A stretch of DNA of 64,000 bases, taken from Candidatus Anderseniibacteriota bacterium (GTDB taxonomy: Bacteria; Patescibacteriota; Andersenbacteria; UBA10190). How positions within the stretch are numbered: position 1 is the first letter of the stretch; each line of letters begins with the position of its first letter. Positions 46,841 through 56,862 of the stretch are shown here, piece by piece. Under the pieces are notes generated by a model. The model did not search any database and was not told the DNA's origin. It saw nothing but the letters and a program-made list of their open reading frames with translations. The stretch lies in contig JAIOOW010000003.1 of NCBI GenBank assembly GCA_021414205.1, positions 300,365 to 364,364 of the forward strand. The letters run 5' to 3'. The position numbers were made by a program, and so were the translations under genes.

Positions 46841-48121
46841 ATGAAAAAAACAGTAGCAGTTGTGGGATTAGGATATGTAGGGCTTCCATTAGCTTTGGTT
46901 GCGCGCAATAAAGGTTGGAATGTTGTAGGATTTGACGTTGACGCAAAAAAAGTGCAAAAAATTACGGCAGGAGTTGCGCCGTTCGAGGATGAATTTGTCG
47001 CCACACAGCTCAAAGACAATCCTCTTGAAGCTAGCACCGATCCTATCTGCATTGTTGATGCAGAAGTTGTGGTGGTTGCGGTACCCACTCCAGTAACAGA
47101 TGATCATATTCCAGATTTAACTCCTCTTACCTCTTCATTAGAATCAATTTTGCCGCATTTGCAGGACGGCCAATTGCTCTCAGTAGAATCGACTATAAAT
47201 CCGGGTGTTATGACGGAAGTTGTACTGCCTATTATCAAAAAGCGTCCGGAGCTTACTATTCATATCGTTCATTGCCCGGAGCGTGTTAATCCGGGAGACG
47301 CGAAATGGTCTGTTGCGAATATTCCTCGCGTGATAGGTGGATTCACTAAAGAAGCTACGAAAAAGGGCAAAGATTTTTATGAAAGTATTTTGGATGCAAA
47401 AGTAAAAGAAATGGATTCCGTCATGGAAGCGGAAGCAGTGAAGATTTTGGAAAATACATTTCGAGATATCAATATCGCATTCGTGAATGAAATGGCGAAG
47501 TCGTTTGATAAGCTCGGCATTGATATTAAAAACGTTATAGAGGGCGCTTCTACGAAGCCGTTTGCGTTTATGCCCCATTATCCTGGCAATGGTGTCGGCG
47601 GGCATTGTATTAGCGTTGATCCATATTACATGATCGAGAAGGCTCGCCAAGTAGGATTTGATCATGAATTTTTGAAACTTGCTCGAGAGATTAACAATTC
47701 CATGCCAGAATTCACGGTTGCGCTATTAGATAGAGCAAAAGAAAAACTAGAGCTATCTGAGCCAATAACAGTTGCATTGCTCGGCTTGTCGTATAAAAAG
47801 GACATTGATGATATTCGTGAGAGCCCAGCGCTTGATATGAAAAAAATATTAGAAGCACGTTCAGATGTTTCGCTTCGCGTATTCGATCCGCATGTACCTC
47901 GCATGTCGACAGTAGATTCGCTTGATGCTGCGCTTACGGATGCAGACGTTGTCATGCTCGCTACTAATCACAGCAATCTTGTTGAGGCTCTTACACCGGA
48001 AAACTTGAAACAATACGGCATAGTGTGCGTTATTGATGGAAAAAATGCGTTGAATGCAGACGGTATCGCAGAAGCTGGAATGTTGTATCTCGGAGTAGGA
48101 CGAACGCGCGAGGCAAAATAA
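46841..48121 (+). CDS. Nucleotide-sugar dehydrogenase (UDP-GlcNAc/ManNAc 6-dehydrogenase family)
   Basis: GLGYVG, AVPTP, EST, CPER, GVGGHC, YKKDIDDIRESP. Confidence 0.92.
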   Translation: MKKTVAVVGLGYVGLPLALVARNKGWNVVGFDVDAKKVQKITAGVAPFEDEFVATQLKDNPLEASTDPICIVDAEVVVVAVPTPVTDDHIPDLTPLTSSLESILPHLQDGQLLSVESTINPGVMTEVVLPIIKKRPELTIHIVHCPERVNPGDAKWSVANIPRVIGGFTKEATKKGKDFYESILDAKVKEMDSVMEAEAVKILENTFRDINIAFVNEMAKSFDKLGIDIKNVIEGASTKPFAFMPHYPGNGVGGHCISVDPYYMIEKARQVGFDHEFLKLAREINNSMPEFTVALLDRAKEKLELSEPITVALLGLSYKKDIDDIRESPALDMKKILEARSDVSLRVFDPHVPRMSTVDSLDAALTDADVVMLATNHSNLVEALTPENLKQYGIVCVIDGKNALNADGIAEAGMLYLGVGRTREAK

Positions 48122-48151
48122 AAAAATACTCGGTAGGAATTCCTACCGAGT
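48120..48151 (-). terminator. Intrinsic terminator
   Basis: ACTCGGTAGGAATTCCTACCGAGT palindrome with A-tract. Confidence 0.75.
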
Positions 48152-48183
48152 TGTTGCGAATGTGCATTGTGCGTTAATAGCGC

Positions 48184-48693
48184 CTAGGGTTCAGTTGCCC
48201 ATGCAACCAATTCACCCTGAACTCTTTCCTGGTCAAGGTCGAAGACGTTGCTCACATGAATCCATGCGCCGTCTCGTTCCCCGATGGCGCCCATTTGCCA
48301 TCCAGAGTCATCGTGCGTGAGGATAAGCATTTTTTGTTTCCCGCTTACATCCTTGAAGGCCACAGCTTTTCCGTCGTTGCTTAGGCGCGCAGTCAACTTT
48401 TCTGGAATAATGACCAGAATGCTGTCCTCATCTTCGCAGGTGATTCGAACGGCTCTCGATCGATCCATCGGTTCAAATCGGAGAGTCTTCTCGTGATTGC
48501 TCATCCCGTGCCGGATAACGGCTTCCTCGTGCTTTTCGCTCGAAGCAGAAAACCCATTTGCCACCTCTTTGTGTGCCTCTGGGCTTTGCTGAATGATTGC
48601 GATGCCCATCAGTAAGGCAAGCATGATCGAGCCACCCATAATCATGTTAGCCCACTTGTTCTTGCCATGTTTGCACGTGGTTTGTCCGCACAT
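48184..48693 (-). CDS. Membrane-anchored hypothetical protein (ORFan)
   Basis: N-terminal TM; TTGACT-N17-TATAAT (48778-48750), hairpin, boxA-like TGTTATTTCACAA. Confidence 0.65.
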   Translation of the reverse strand: MCGQTTCKHGKNKWANMIMGGSIMLALLMGIAIIQQSPEAHKEVANGFSASSEKHEEAVIRHGMSNHEKTLRFEPMDRSRAVRITCEDEDSILVIIPEKLTARLSNDGKAVAFKDVSGKQKMLILTHDDSGWQMGAIGERDGAWIHVSNVFDLDQERVQGELVAWATEP

Positions 48694-48780
48694 TGCTCTG
48701 TCCCTTTTCCATTCGGTTGTGAAATAACACCCTCAATTAGGGTTTTTATATTATACTCTTATTTGTATATAAAGTCAATA

Positions 48781-49683
48781 CTATTTTGTTCGCATGCTCA
48801 TTAGTTTTGCCACTTCCGCAAATTGTGCATCTTCGCTCGGGTCATTCATGACAACGGCTACCCTATCTTTCAGCGCATTGGCACCTTCTTGTACTAGGCA
48901 ATATCCTGCCTCATATAAAAAACCTGTCTTGCTTCCTGAAATAGCTACTTGCCCTAATTGTGCAGGCTTGTTTGTGTTGCGTATCGTATGTTCTCTATTT
49001 GTGCCGCGAACGGTGAATGTGTATTCCTTTTGGCTCGTAGCCTGAGAAATTTCCGGATAATGGGTAAATGCATAATGCGCCATTACGGCGATGTCATATG
49101 CACTAGAAACGTTTTTTGGAGTAAGTCCGGTAACATCGTAAAACTGCGTTTGTTCTAAATGCAATTCCACTGCTTTGCGGTTCATCTCCTGAATAAATTC
49201 ATCGGTCGGTATGCCAAGCTGGCGGACATATGCTCTTGTGGCATTATTTGCGGATCCTAATAGTGATGCGTTAAATAAATCTTTCATGGTGACTGTTTCT
49301 CCCGGTGCCAGCACAAGCTCTCCGCCCACGGTATATTCATCTGGAAGTATATCGGCTTGCTTATTCCAATCTATCCCATGATCGATCGCAATCATTGCGG
49401 TCATAAGTTTGGTAATGCTTGCAAGGGGCCGTTGCTCAAACGCATTTTTTTGGAATAGGATTTGATTGTTTTCTCCATCATATGCTATTGCGCTCGTTGC
49501 TTGAAATCCGGAAGAATCTGTTGACTGTTGCGATGCATCTATCGGTAGGCCGAGAGGAATATTTGCAGTTCCCAAAAGGGGTGTGGGTGCCGGGTCTGCA
49601 TGTACAATGTGTGCAATAATTGCGCCAAGTCCGAAGGATAAGCTGACACACAATACCACGAAGAAGGCCGTAACTTTATGCAT
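48781..49683 (-). CDS. D-alanyl-D-alanine carboxypeptidase (peptidase S11)
   Basis: SITK, SAN, KTG penicillin-binding motifs. Confidence 0.92.
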   Translation of the reverse strand: MHKVTAFFVVLCVSLSFGLGAIIAHIVHADPAPTPLLGTANIPLGLPIDASQQSTDSSGFQATSAIAYDGENNQILFQKNAFEQRPLASITKLMTAMIAIDHGIDWNKQADILPDEYTVGGELVLAPGETVTMKDLFNASLLGSANNATRAYVRQLGIPTDEFIQEMNRKAVELHLEQTQFYDVTGLTPKNVSSAYDIAVMAHYAFTHYPEISQATSQKEYTFTVRGTNREHTIRNTNKPAQLGQVAISGSKTGFLYEAGYCLVQEGANALKDRVAVVMNDPSEDAQFAEVAKLMSMRTK

Positions 49684-49720
49684 ACTCGGCTTAGTGTACA
49701 ATAGAACAAACGCGCTTTCT

Positions 49721-50320
49721 ATGCATATTATTCACACAACAGACGTATCTTCCGCAGTTCAATATATTCGTGATGGGCGAATAGTCGCCTTCCCTACCGG
49801 AACGTCGTACGGCCTAGCTGTAGACGCGTTACAGGGGCATGCCCTCCAGCGTTTGCGCAATGCAAAAAGGCGTCCTGAGGAAAAGACGTTTACGATTTTT
49901 CTAGATGAAAGCTTATGGGATCAATATTTAGATATAACCCAAGCAGAAAAAAACATGTTACATCGATATGCAAATACGGCGCTTACGTTATTAGTGAAAC
50001 CAAAAGAGTCACTGATGCATTTGGCGCAAGATGAATTGATTGGCCTACGCGTGATTGATCATCTCATGATGGCTGAGCTCGCGGAGAAAGCGGGTGTTCC
50101 TCTTACTGCAACGAGCGCTAATGTGTCGGGACAAGATGCCTGCTATAACGAAGAGTGTATAGAAAAATCCTTTCCCGGAAAAATTGGAACAACGTATGAT
50201 TTGTCACTCGCGTGCATTTTAGATGGTGGTAGTTTGCGAAAAGGATTAGTAAGTACAATTGCGAAACTGGAAAACGGAAAGATTGTCATTGTGCGCCAAG
50301 GTGCGCTGATGCTGAGATAG
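49721..50320 (+). CDS. tsaC: L-threonylcarbamoyladenylate synthase (Sua5/YrdC)
   Basis: VAFPT.T.YGL, K.RP..K, IGLR, PLTATSANVSG, STI, RQGA. Confidence 0.85.
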   Translation: MHIIHTTDVSSAVQYIRDGRIVAFPTGTSYGLAVDALQGHALQRLRNAKRRPEEKTFTIFLDESLWDQYLDITQAEKNMLHRYANTALTLLVKPKESLMHLAQDELIGLRVIDHLMMAELAEKAGVPLTATSANVSGQDACYNEECIEKSFPGKIGTTYDLSLACILDGGSLRKGLVSTIAKLENGKIVIVRQGALMLR

Positions 50321-50321
50321 G

Positions 50322-50642
50322 CTATATCTTGTAGTTGCACTTCTTAATCGCATCTTCGAGTGACGCTTTTGCTTGCTGTATGCTTTGGATTTGATCTGCA
50401 GGCGCATTCTCTTTTTGGAGTGTTTGAATGTCCTGATCCATTGCTGACAGCGTTGCAGGCAGCTGTGCAATATCTTCTGGTGTTGCATTGCATGGAAGCG
50501 GAGTGGCGATCGGTGATGGAGATGCTCCCCTATTTACAGCTGTCTTGATTTGATTGGAGTACAAGTTAAATGCCACAGGAGCTGTTCCGATGAATGCAAT
50601 AGCTGCGACAGCGATTCCGGCTACGATAGGGTGGAATTTCAT
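50322..50642 (-). CDS. Hypothetical membrane-anchored helical protein
   Basis: N-terminal TM, Cys pair flanking a coiled coil. Confidence 0.6.
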   Translation of the reverse strand: MKFHPIVAGIAVAAIAFIGTAPVAFNLYSNQIKTAVNRGASPSPIATPLPCNATPEDIAQLPATLSAMDQDIQTLQKENAPADQIQSIQQAKASLEDAIKKCNYKI

Positions 50643-50644
50643 AG

Positions 50645-51610
50645 TTATTGAAGGCGTTTATTGATTATAAATGTACCATATCCGATGCCGATGAGCAGGA
50701 ATCCTGATGCAATTAGCGCGAGCGGCCAGCCGACAACATCGCTGAAGTATTCAGCAGTGAGTTTGAGGATATAGCCCATTAAATAGAGGCTGGCGATAAC
50801 CAAGGTTGATCTGCTTTTTAAGAAAACGGAAAGCGCCATCATGCCGAAGCAAATACCCACAAACCCGATTTCCCATATGATGTTTACGCTCGGTTTATAT
50901 CCGCCGAGTGCGAATGAGGCTCCTAAGAACATGAGCGAGCCTATCGAGTACAGCCAGGCTGTAAGAGTTGTAAAGCGTGAGCGCAAGCCATAGCCTAAGA
51001 GCAAATACGAAAACCCTAAGATCAAAAATCTGTATTCAAGCATTTCTACTGTATTTAGCGCTGATCCTTGCAAGAGCGAATGGGTTGCCGAAAAATACAA
51101 CAAGCTGCCGAATGCAATGGAAAAGAATCGGAATACTCCTTGCTTTGTGATGAATATTGATGCGACCGTTGCAATGAACATGATCCCATAGATGATGTCG
51201 GAATAGCTGATAATATTCGAGTTGTACGCATATTCATGTAAAGTGATGTAGATTCCAAGGGGCGTAAGGAAATTGAATATGAGATAAAATGCGAACGCTA
51301 CTCCGGTGAGATTCTTTGTGCGTGAAATAAGGTGCGCCGTTATGTATGATGTGATACCGCACCCGAGCGTCACAAGAATACGGGCAAGGGTATTGAGTGC
51401 TCCCCACTGCTGGTGGACGAACAATACTAAGCCGATAAAAATAATAAGTCCGCCGATTGCGTAGAGGATTGTAATAAGGGATAGCGATTTGCGCCCTGGT
51501 TGGCGAATTTCTCCCATTCCCCTGTCGAATGCCGATAGCACTTCTTCGCGAGTAATTTTTTTTGCGGCTGAGCTCTCGGTAATTGCGGTAAGAAGGTCTT
51601 CTTTGTTCAT
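50645..51610 (-). CDS. DUF2157-like multi-pass membrane protein
   Basis: LYAIGG..IF.G...FV..QW, about 9 TMs, GWP.ALI. Confidence 0.7.
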   Translation of the reverse strand: MNKEDLLTAITESSAAKKITREEVLSAFDRGMGEIRQPGRKSLSLITILYAIGGLIIFIGLVLFVHQQWGALNTLARILVTLGCGITSYITAHLISRTKNLTGVAFAFYLIFNFLTPLGIYITLHEYAYNSNIISYSDIIYGIMFIATVASIFITKQGVFRFFSIAFGSLLYFSATHSLLQGSALNTVEMLEYRFLILGFSYLLLGYGLRSRFTTLTAWLYSIGSLMFLGASFALGGYKPSVNIIWEIGFVGICFGMMALSVFLKSRSTLVIASLYLMGYILKLTAEYFSDVVGWPLALIASGFLLIGIGYGTFIINKRLQ

Positions 51611-51618
51611 AGGTGCTT

Positions 51619-52170
51619 CTACTTAGCTACCCAAGCAACGAATGAAAACGGCAAATCGTTCCCCTTGGTAATAATTGTAACTTTTTTACTTGCTGTGTTT
51701 TTAGAAAGGTATGCGCTTGCGCGATCATTTTGTCCTTCAAAGTAGAATGGGAACATTCCGCCGGAGGACGTGCCATACGTAAAAGTAAATCCGTCTGGGG
51801 ATATGGAATCATCAGAGAGTGTGCGCTTTGCGATATCGTCAAACGAAATTTCTTCGTTGGTATCAGTTGCGGTGTGATGAATGAAAAATCGCGGTAGCCC
51901 TTGCCCCTGATACGGGTACGGCGCGTTGTCTAGCTTTGTTGATACGGTAATGGTCGAGTCGGTAATACGTCCCTTTTTAATGCTGTATGAATGTTGTATT
52001 TGCTGCCCGTTTTCAATTTGTACTGCAGTCGGGTACTGGCCGAGTGCATATACGAAGTCTGTTTGAGGGTGGATAGACTGCCCAGGAATAATGATGGCGA
52101 GCGCAATACCGATAACCATGAGAACAGGGATGGAAAGTCCCACAATAAGGGATATCGATGAAGGCTTCAT
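51619..52170 (-). CDS. Membrane-anchored hypothetical protein
   Basis: TM, DFVYA, SPDGF, C-terminal F..WV. Confidence 0.65.
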   Translation of the reverse strand: MKPSSISLIVGLSIPVLMVIGIALAIIIPGQSIHPQTDFVYALGQYPTAVQIENGQQIQHSYSIKKGRITDSTITVSTKLDNAPYPYQGQGLPRFFIHHTATDTNEEISFDDIAKRTLSDDSISPDGFTFTYGTSSGGMFPFYFEGQNDRASAYLSKNTASKKVTIITKGNDLPFSFVAWVAK

Positions 52171-52188
52171 ATTCCCTTCATTGTATAT

Positions 52189-53436
52189 CTAAAATTCAGA
52201 TGTGTCACGAGGCAAAAAGAGCCCGATAATCCATTCAAATAGCACTTGAATGCGATTTCCCCAGCCAAACATGCTCTCTAAAAATACGATTCTGCGTAGG
52301 AGCCATGCGAGGAAACCCGTTGTAATGAAATCGCCTTTTTCATAAATTGCATATCCGTTTCCGATTGGGATAATATCGCCCTTATGTTTATATTCTTTCT
52401 TGTGAAGAGGTTTTTTAGATATATGCGCAATGATATTTTTTGAAACCAGTTCAGCAGCCTGCACGGCAGCTTGCGCCAACGGCGGATATGAATACTGCTT
52501 GTCGGTAATGGACGCGCAATCCCCGATGCCGAATATTTCCGGATAGGCTGGTGTTTGGAATGTTGGAGATAGCAGTAAAAGCCCTCTTTCGGTGAGCATA
52601 TTTTTTGGTAAAAGTGATTGCAGGACACTTTCGGTTCCCGCTGTCCAAAATACGCTGTTGCTTGCGATTGATTTTCCTGAAGCTAAGGACACGCCGTTTT
52701 TGGTAACCTCTACAACGCGTTCTCGCAACAATGTTTTTACCCCTAGTTTATAGAGGTGTTTTTTTGCTTCAAATGACGCCCGAGGTGATAGCTGCTCTAA
52801 GAGCCGAGTTCCTGCATGGACAATAGATACTTGCGACAAACTGATTGGCACATCGCCATAAAATTGCCTCATCTCGTGCTGGATTAAGTCCGATACTTGG
52901 CCCGCAAGCTCTGTCCCCGTTGCTCCGCCGCCTACAATAACGAAATTGAGGTATGATAGCATCGCTTCTTTGTTTTTCTTGTCGTGCATTTCTGATGCCA
53001 TTTCAAATGACTTGATGATGCGGTTTCGGATGGAAACGGCTCCCGGAAGCCACTTGAGGGCAAGCGCATATTTTTCAGCTCCCGGGGTGCCGAAAAATCC
53101 TTGCTCGACTCCCAATGCAATTACTAGGATATCGTATGAATGGTCGCCGGTGCTTGTGTGTACGATTTTCGCTTTCGGATCGATGCCGGTAATATCTGCC
53201 TGGTGAAAATCTTTCCCGCAACAGGTCAGGATTTCTCGCAATGGCTGTACTACGTGCTCCCGATCAACGGCTCCTGTTGCAACTTCGTGCAGCATTGGAG
53301 AATACGTAAAGTAGTTGGTTTTGCTGATTAATTCAATCCTTATATTATGAATATTCGCCGGATGAATCAGCTTATGAAGGCGTTGGTATGTAGATATACC
53401 ACCGAATCCCCCTCCTAATATAAGTATTTTCTTCAT
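52189..53436 (-). CDS. ndh: Type II NADH dehydrogenase-family FAD oxidoreductase
   Basis: GGGFGG, PMLHEVATG, GGGATGTELAG, WTAG, IGD, AQAAVQ. Confidence 0.85.
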   Translation of the reverse strand: MKKILILGGGFGGISTYQRLHKLIHPANIHNIRIELISKTNYFTYSPMLHEVATGAVDREHVVQPLREILTCCGKDFHQADITGIDPKAKIVHTSTGDHSYDILVIALGVEQGFFGTPGAEKYALALKWLPGAVSIRNRIIKSFEMASEMHDKKNKEAMLSYLNFVIVGGGATGTELAGQVSDLIQHEMRQFYGDVPISLSQVSIVHAGTRLLEQLSPRASFEAKKHLYKLGVKTLLRERVVEVTKNGVSLASGKSIASNSVFWTAGTESVLQSLLPKNMLTERGLLLLSPTFQTPAYPEIFGIGDCASITDKQYSYPPLAQAAVQAAELVSKNIIAHISKKPLHKKEYKHKGDIIPIGNGYAIYEKGDFITTGFLAWLLRRIVFLESMFGWGNRIQVLFEWIIGLFLPRDTSEF

Positions 53437-53442
53437 TGCTGA

Positions 53443-53640
53443 TTATGTATATGTTTTTTCGATTTCCTGAACCGTATTTTCAATCTCTTGAAGCCTCTCT
53501 TGCAGTTTCTTGGCAAGTTTTAATCCCTGTTCAAACTTCGGCAAGTCTTTTTCCAGATCGAGCTCTCGTGATTCAAAATCTTTCACGATACCTTCAAGTT
53601 CGCTATATCCTTTGGTAAAATCAAATTTCTTTTCAGTCAT
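53443..53640 (-). CDS. xseB: Exodeoxyribonuclease VII small subunit
   Basis: ELEGIV..E...LDLE....FEQG; downstream of xseA. Confidence 0.88.
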   Translation of the reverse strand: MTEKKFDFTKGYSELEGIVKDFESRELDLEKDLPKFEQGLKLAKKLQERLQEIENTVQEIEKTYT

Positions 53641-53652
53641 AGCGCAAGTTTA

Positions 53653-54828
53653 TCACGAGCCTATCTTCTGGACAACGGAAGAAATAGACCCGTCTGCAAG
53701 TGTGGTAGTAAGCTCCTCGCCTTCTGAAATATTAGCAGCATGCTTTAGAATGTTTCCAGAACTGTTTCGCGTAATGCTGAATCCGCGTGCAAGTACTTGT
53801 TGGGGCGATAGAGCTGTAAGAACGCGCTTCATGCCGTCTATCTTTTGGTGAGATGAAGCAACGCTGTCTTTCACTCGTGCAGATACAGATCGAATCCGGT
53901 CAATTAACTGCTCTATGTTTCGCGTTGCCTGGTGCAATCGATTGCTCATCGCATGAATTGCTGAGCGAACATTGTTTTGATTGTTTTGCAGCTGGTTTGC
54001 GAGCGATGAAGAAATTGCCAGCTTCATGCGAGTAATATCGGCGAGGATTTCGTCTCGGCTTCGGACTACGAGTTCTGCCGCATTGCTCGGAGTTGATGCG
54101 CGAATGTCGGCCGCCAGTTCTGCTAAGCTTACATCGCGTTCGTGCCCGATGCCGACTATCGTAGGAGTTCTAGATCCTGCCACGGCGCGTACGACGTGCT
54201 CGTCATTAAACGCCATTAAATCTTCTAAGCTCCCGCCACCCCTTACCAGCACAATCGCATCGAGATTTTCAAGTTCTGTATTTGCCGTTTCAAGCGCAGA
54301 TATGATTTGCCTCGGTGCATCATCTCCTTGTACTTGGGTATGGATAAAAGATATGTGCAATCCGCCCAGCCTTCCTTGCAATACTTTTAAGAAATCTTTA
54401 TATGCGGCAGCTTCTCTTGATGTGATGAGCGCAATATGTTGAGGAAATTTTGGAAGCGCGCGTTTACGCTCTGGAGCGAATAATCCTTCTTGTGCTAATT
54501 TTTTCTGTAATAATTCAAATGCTCTTTTTAGTGATCCTTCGCCTGCTGGCTTTACGGATTGCACCACAAAACTTAAAAATCCTTTTTCGCGCAGATTGGG
54601 CTTTCCTGTAACGCGCACCAGCATGCCGTCTTCTAATGCAACGCGTAGCTGCCATACGGTCATGAAGCATTTTAGCACGCTTTTTTCGTCTTTAATGTCG
54701 AATGTGACCCATTTATTGTGAATCACGTTGAAGCCGGACACTTCTCCTTCCACCACTAAATCTCCAAGAGAATCCAAGGCAATATTAATTGCCTCCACGC
54801 ATTGGCTTACGGATAATACGATTTCCAT
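53653..54828 (-). CDS. xseA: Exodeoxyribonuclease VII large subunit
   Basis: VEGEVS, RGGGSLEDL, GIGHE.D, TPS.AAE, L.RGFS. Confidence 0.95.
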   Translation of the reverse strand: MEIVLSVSQCVEAINIALDSLGDLVVEGEVSGFNVIHNKWVTFDIKDEKSVLKCFMTVWQLRVALEDGMLVRVTGKPNLREKGFLSFVVQSVKPAGEGSLKRAFELLQKKLAQEGLFAPERKRALPKFPQHIALITSREAAAYKDFLKVLQGRLGGLHISFIHTQVQGDDAPRQIISALETANTELENLDAIVLVRGGGSLEDLMAFNDEHVVRAVAGSRTPTIVGIGHERDVSLAELAADIRASTPSNAAELVVRSRDEILADITRMKLAISSSLANQLQNNQNNVRSAIHAMSNRLHQATRNIEQLIDRIRSVSARVKDSVASSHQKIDGMKRVLTALSPQQVLARGFSITRNSSGNILKHAANISEGEELTTTLADGSISSVVQKIGS

Positions 54829-54835
54829 CTATACA

Positions 54836-55447
54836 CTATCTCTCAGATTGCGGGCATTGTGCAAATTGGCATTGTGGGCCGGTGCGGCCGACATACGATC
54901 CATCCGGACACAGCATGGCTTCTTGAGTACAGATGCCTGCGCCGTATCCTATAGACTGTTTATTTAATTGCCACACAGAAAAATTTAAATATCCTGCAAA
55001 TGTTACCCAGAGAATATATGGGGCAAGTAAATATGCTGCTGTTTTATTGATTGGTTTAAATACGTATATAGTCAGTGCGATAAAAATCCACATTGCTAGT
55101 AAGTTCAAGAATGCCAGCGCAGGGTTATGAAGCCCGAAAAAGATAATCGACCACATGGTATTGAGGAGCAATTGCGCAACGAATATCCATAGCGCAAACT
55201 CGATCACTTTCCGCTTCTTTTTCTGTTTTGTTTTGCGATATTGTTCCCAGATAAGAAATACAGCAATGCCCATCAGTGCGTATAATAACGTCCACACTGG
55301 TCCAAATACCCAGCTTGGCGGATTCAGCATTGGCTTTGTAAGCGTTGCATACCAGTTTGTAATTTCGGGTGCTGTAAAGATCGAACCAAGCGCTCCTGCA
55401 ATTTCGCAAGCTACTATAAAGAATATCGCTCTCCCCCATGTGTTCAT
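54836..55447 (-). CDS. tspO: TspO/MBR protein with C-terminal Cys-rich module
   Basis: WY..L.KP..NPP.WVFGPVW, LN..WS.IFF, PY..WV.FA; tail CTQEAMLCPDGSYVGRTGPQCQFAQCP. Confidence 0.88.
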   Translation of the reverse strand: MNTWGRAIFFIVACEIAGALGSIFTAPEITNWYATLTKPMLNPPSWVFGPVWTLLYALMGIAVFLIWEQYRKTKQKKKRKVIEFALWIFVAQLLLNTMWSIIFFGLHNPALAFLNLLAMWIFIALTIYVFKPINKTAAYLLAPYILWVTFAGYLNFSVWQLNKQSIGYGAGICTQEAMLCPDGSYVGRTGPQCQFAQCPQSER

Positions 55448-55482
55448 ATGGGAAGTATAGCATCTTTTATATGGAGTATGAA

Positions 55483-56085
55483 TTATTTTTTAAGAGGCGG
55501 AGTATGGATTGGCGTTATGGTTGCCGTAGGGTGTGGCGGAGGTGGGGGTGGCGGAGGTGTTGTAGATGGGGTTGGATTTGGAGTTGTGCTTGGCGATGGA
55601 GAAAATAACACTGTCGTGCAATCTTTTAATTTATTTTGCAGCGTAACTATTTGGTAATTCGCATCATGGATCTTTATCGAAATACCATTCATTTTATTTT
55701 CAAGACTGCTTAGTTGTGTATTGAGATCTTTTTGCTCGTTTTTGAGGATTGTAAGTTTTTTAGCGTCTTTTTGTTTTGTAGCTTCATTTTCCACGACAGT
55801 AAGTCGATTTTTGATATCAACAGATTCTCTCGATAACTCCTCCTCTTGACTAGTAAGATCATTGATCTGTGTTTGAAGTAACCGTATTTGTTTTTCTATA
55901 GAAGCACGTTCTGCTACTGAGAGTGTGCATTTTTGAAAAGGGGTTGCGCTGGGGCTTGGAGAGCTGCCAGTATATGTTTTTGCGCCAAGTCTATCGCTAA
56001 AGATTCCTATAAGGACTAAAGCAATGATTACGACAGCGCTTCCTGCAAGCACGATGCTCCTATTTGCTAATATACTTTTCTTCAT
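55483..56085 (-). CDS. Membrane-anchored coiled-coil protein with poly-Pro tail
   Basis: TM, heptad region bounded by Cys, PPPPPPP. Confidence 0.65.
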   Translation of the reverse strand: MKKSILANRSIVLAGSAVVIIALVLIGIFSDRLGAKTYTGSSPSPSATPFQKCTLSVAERASIEKQIRLLQTQINDLTSQEEELSRESVDIKNRLTVVENEATKQKDAKKLTILKNEQKDLNTQLSSLENKMNGISIKIHDANYQIVTLQNKLKDCTTVLFSPSPSTTPNPTPSTTPPPPPPPPHPTATITPIHTPPLKK

Positions 56086-56116
56086 GAAGAAAAGTATAGC
56101 ACGAATTTTATAAGTG

Positions 56117-56187
56117 TTCCCGGGCATGGATTCGAACCATGATTCAGAGATCCAAAGTCTCTTGTCCTGCCTTTAGACGACCCGGGA
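56117..56187 (-). tRNA. tRNA-Gln(TTG)
   Basis: TCCCGGG acceptor, AGAGA-CT TTG GA-TCTCT, GGTTCGAATCC. Confidence 0.95.
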
Positions 56188-56319
56188 GTGATGTTGATAC
56201 TAATGAATTATTTGATTTTCGGCAAGAAAAGGCTATGTCGCCTGATATTGACTTTTCCTTATCTTTTCATCAAGATGGCAGTACACAAACGCGGATCGTA
56301 CTTTTACAGGGAGGCTATA

Positions 56320-56763
56320 ATGGCAAAAGATATTCATGAATGGGTACGGAAGGTTGATGATAGTCGCTTGGCAGCAATTGAGCTTGTATTGCGGTTACAG
56401 GGCGAAGGGGTGATCGTGGGGTTGAATCGGAGACTAGGGAGGGTCTCAAATGTAATTCCATTTACTGCAATGTTTTTGCACGGAGTGGAAGCTGAAACGA
56501 ATATTTTTTTCCAACTTTTGGACTGGCAGACAGATTCGGATGTAGTTATTACGAACATAACAACGTTGCCAGATTTGAAGCGAGGCTATGGATTCGGATC
56601 TATTGCTGTTCAAAAATTGATTTGTTGGGCACGAGAAAATAATCTTCATGAAATTCGCGCGACGCAAGTCGGAGATCGTAACAGTCAGCGATTTTGGGAA
56701 AAGAACGGATTTATTCGATGCTCGGATCCGAATCCGTGCGGAGATTACGTGTATCGATGGTAG
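56320..56763 (+). CDS. GNAT family N-acetyltransferase
   Basis: KRGYGFGS acetyl-CoA motif, SQRFWEKNGF; GGGAGG SD; own promoter and terminator. Confidence 0.85.
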   Translation: MAKDIHEWVRKVDDSRLAAIELVLRLQGEGVIVGLNRRLGRVSNVIPFTAMFLHGVEAETNIFFQLLDWQTDSDVVITNITTLPDLKRGYGFGSIAVQKLICWARENNLHEIRATQVGDRNSQRFWEKNGFIRCSDPNPCGDYVYRW

Positions 56764-56862
56764 TGCCGACGCAGGAAACTGAGGTCGGCTTTTTATTTGC
56801 AAGAAAAAACCGCCATTGCGCTGTGGCGGTCAGGTTGTGATAGGCGCTTGAATGATAATGGA

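Noticed and set aside
56320..56763. GNAT toxin-antitoxin system targeting tRNA
   Set aside because: No upstream RHH antitoxin; the gene is monocistronic; tRNA adjacency alone is insufficient
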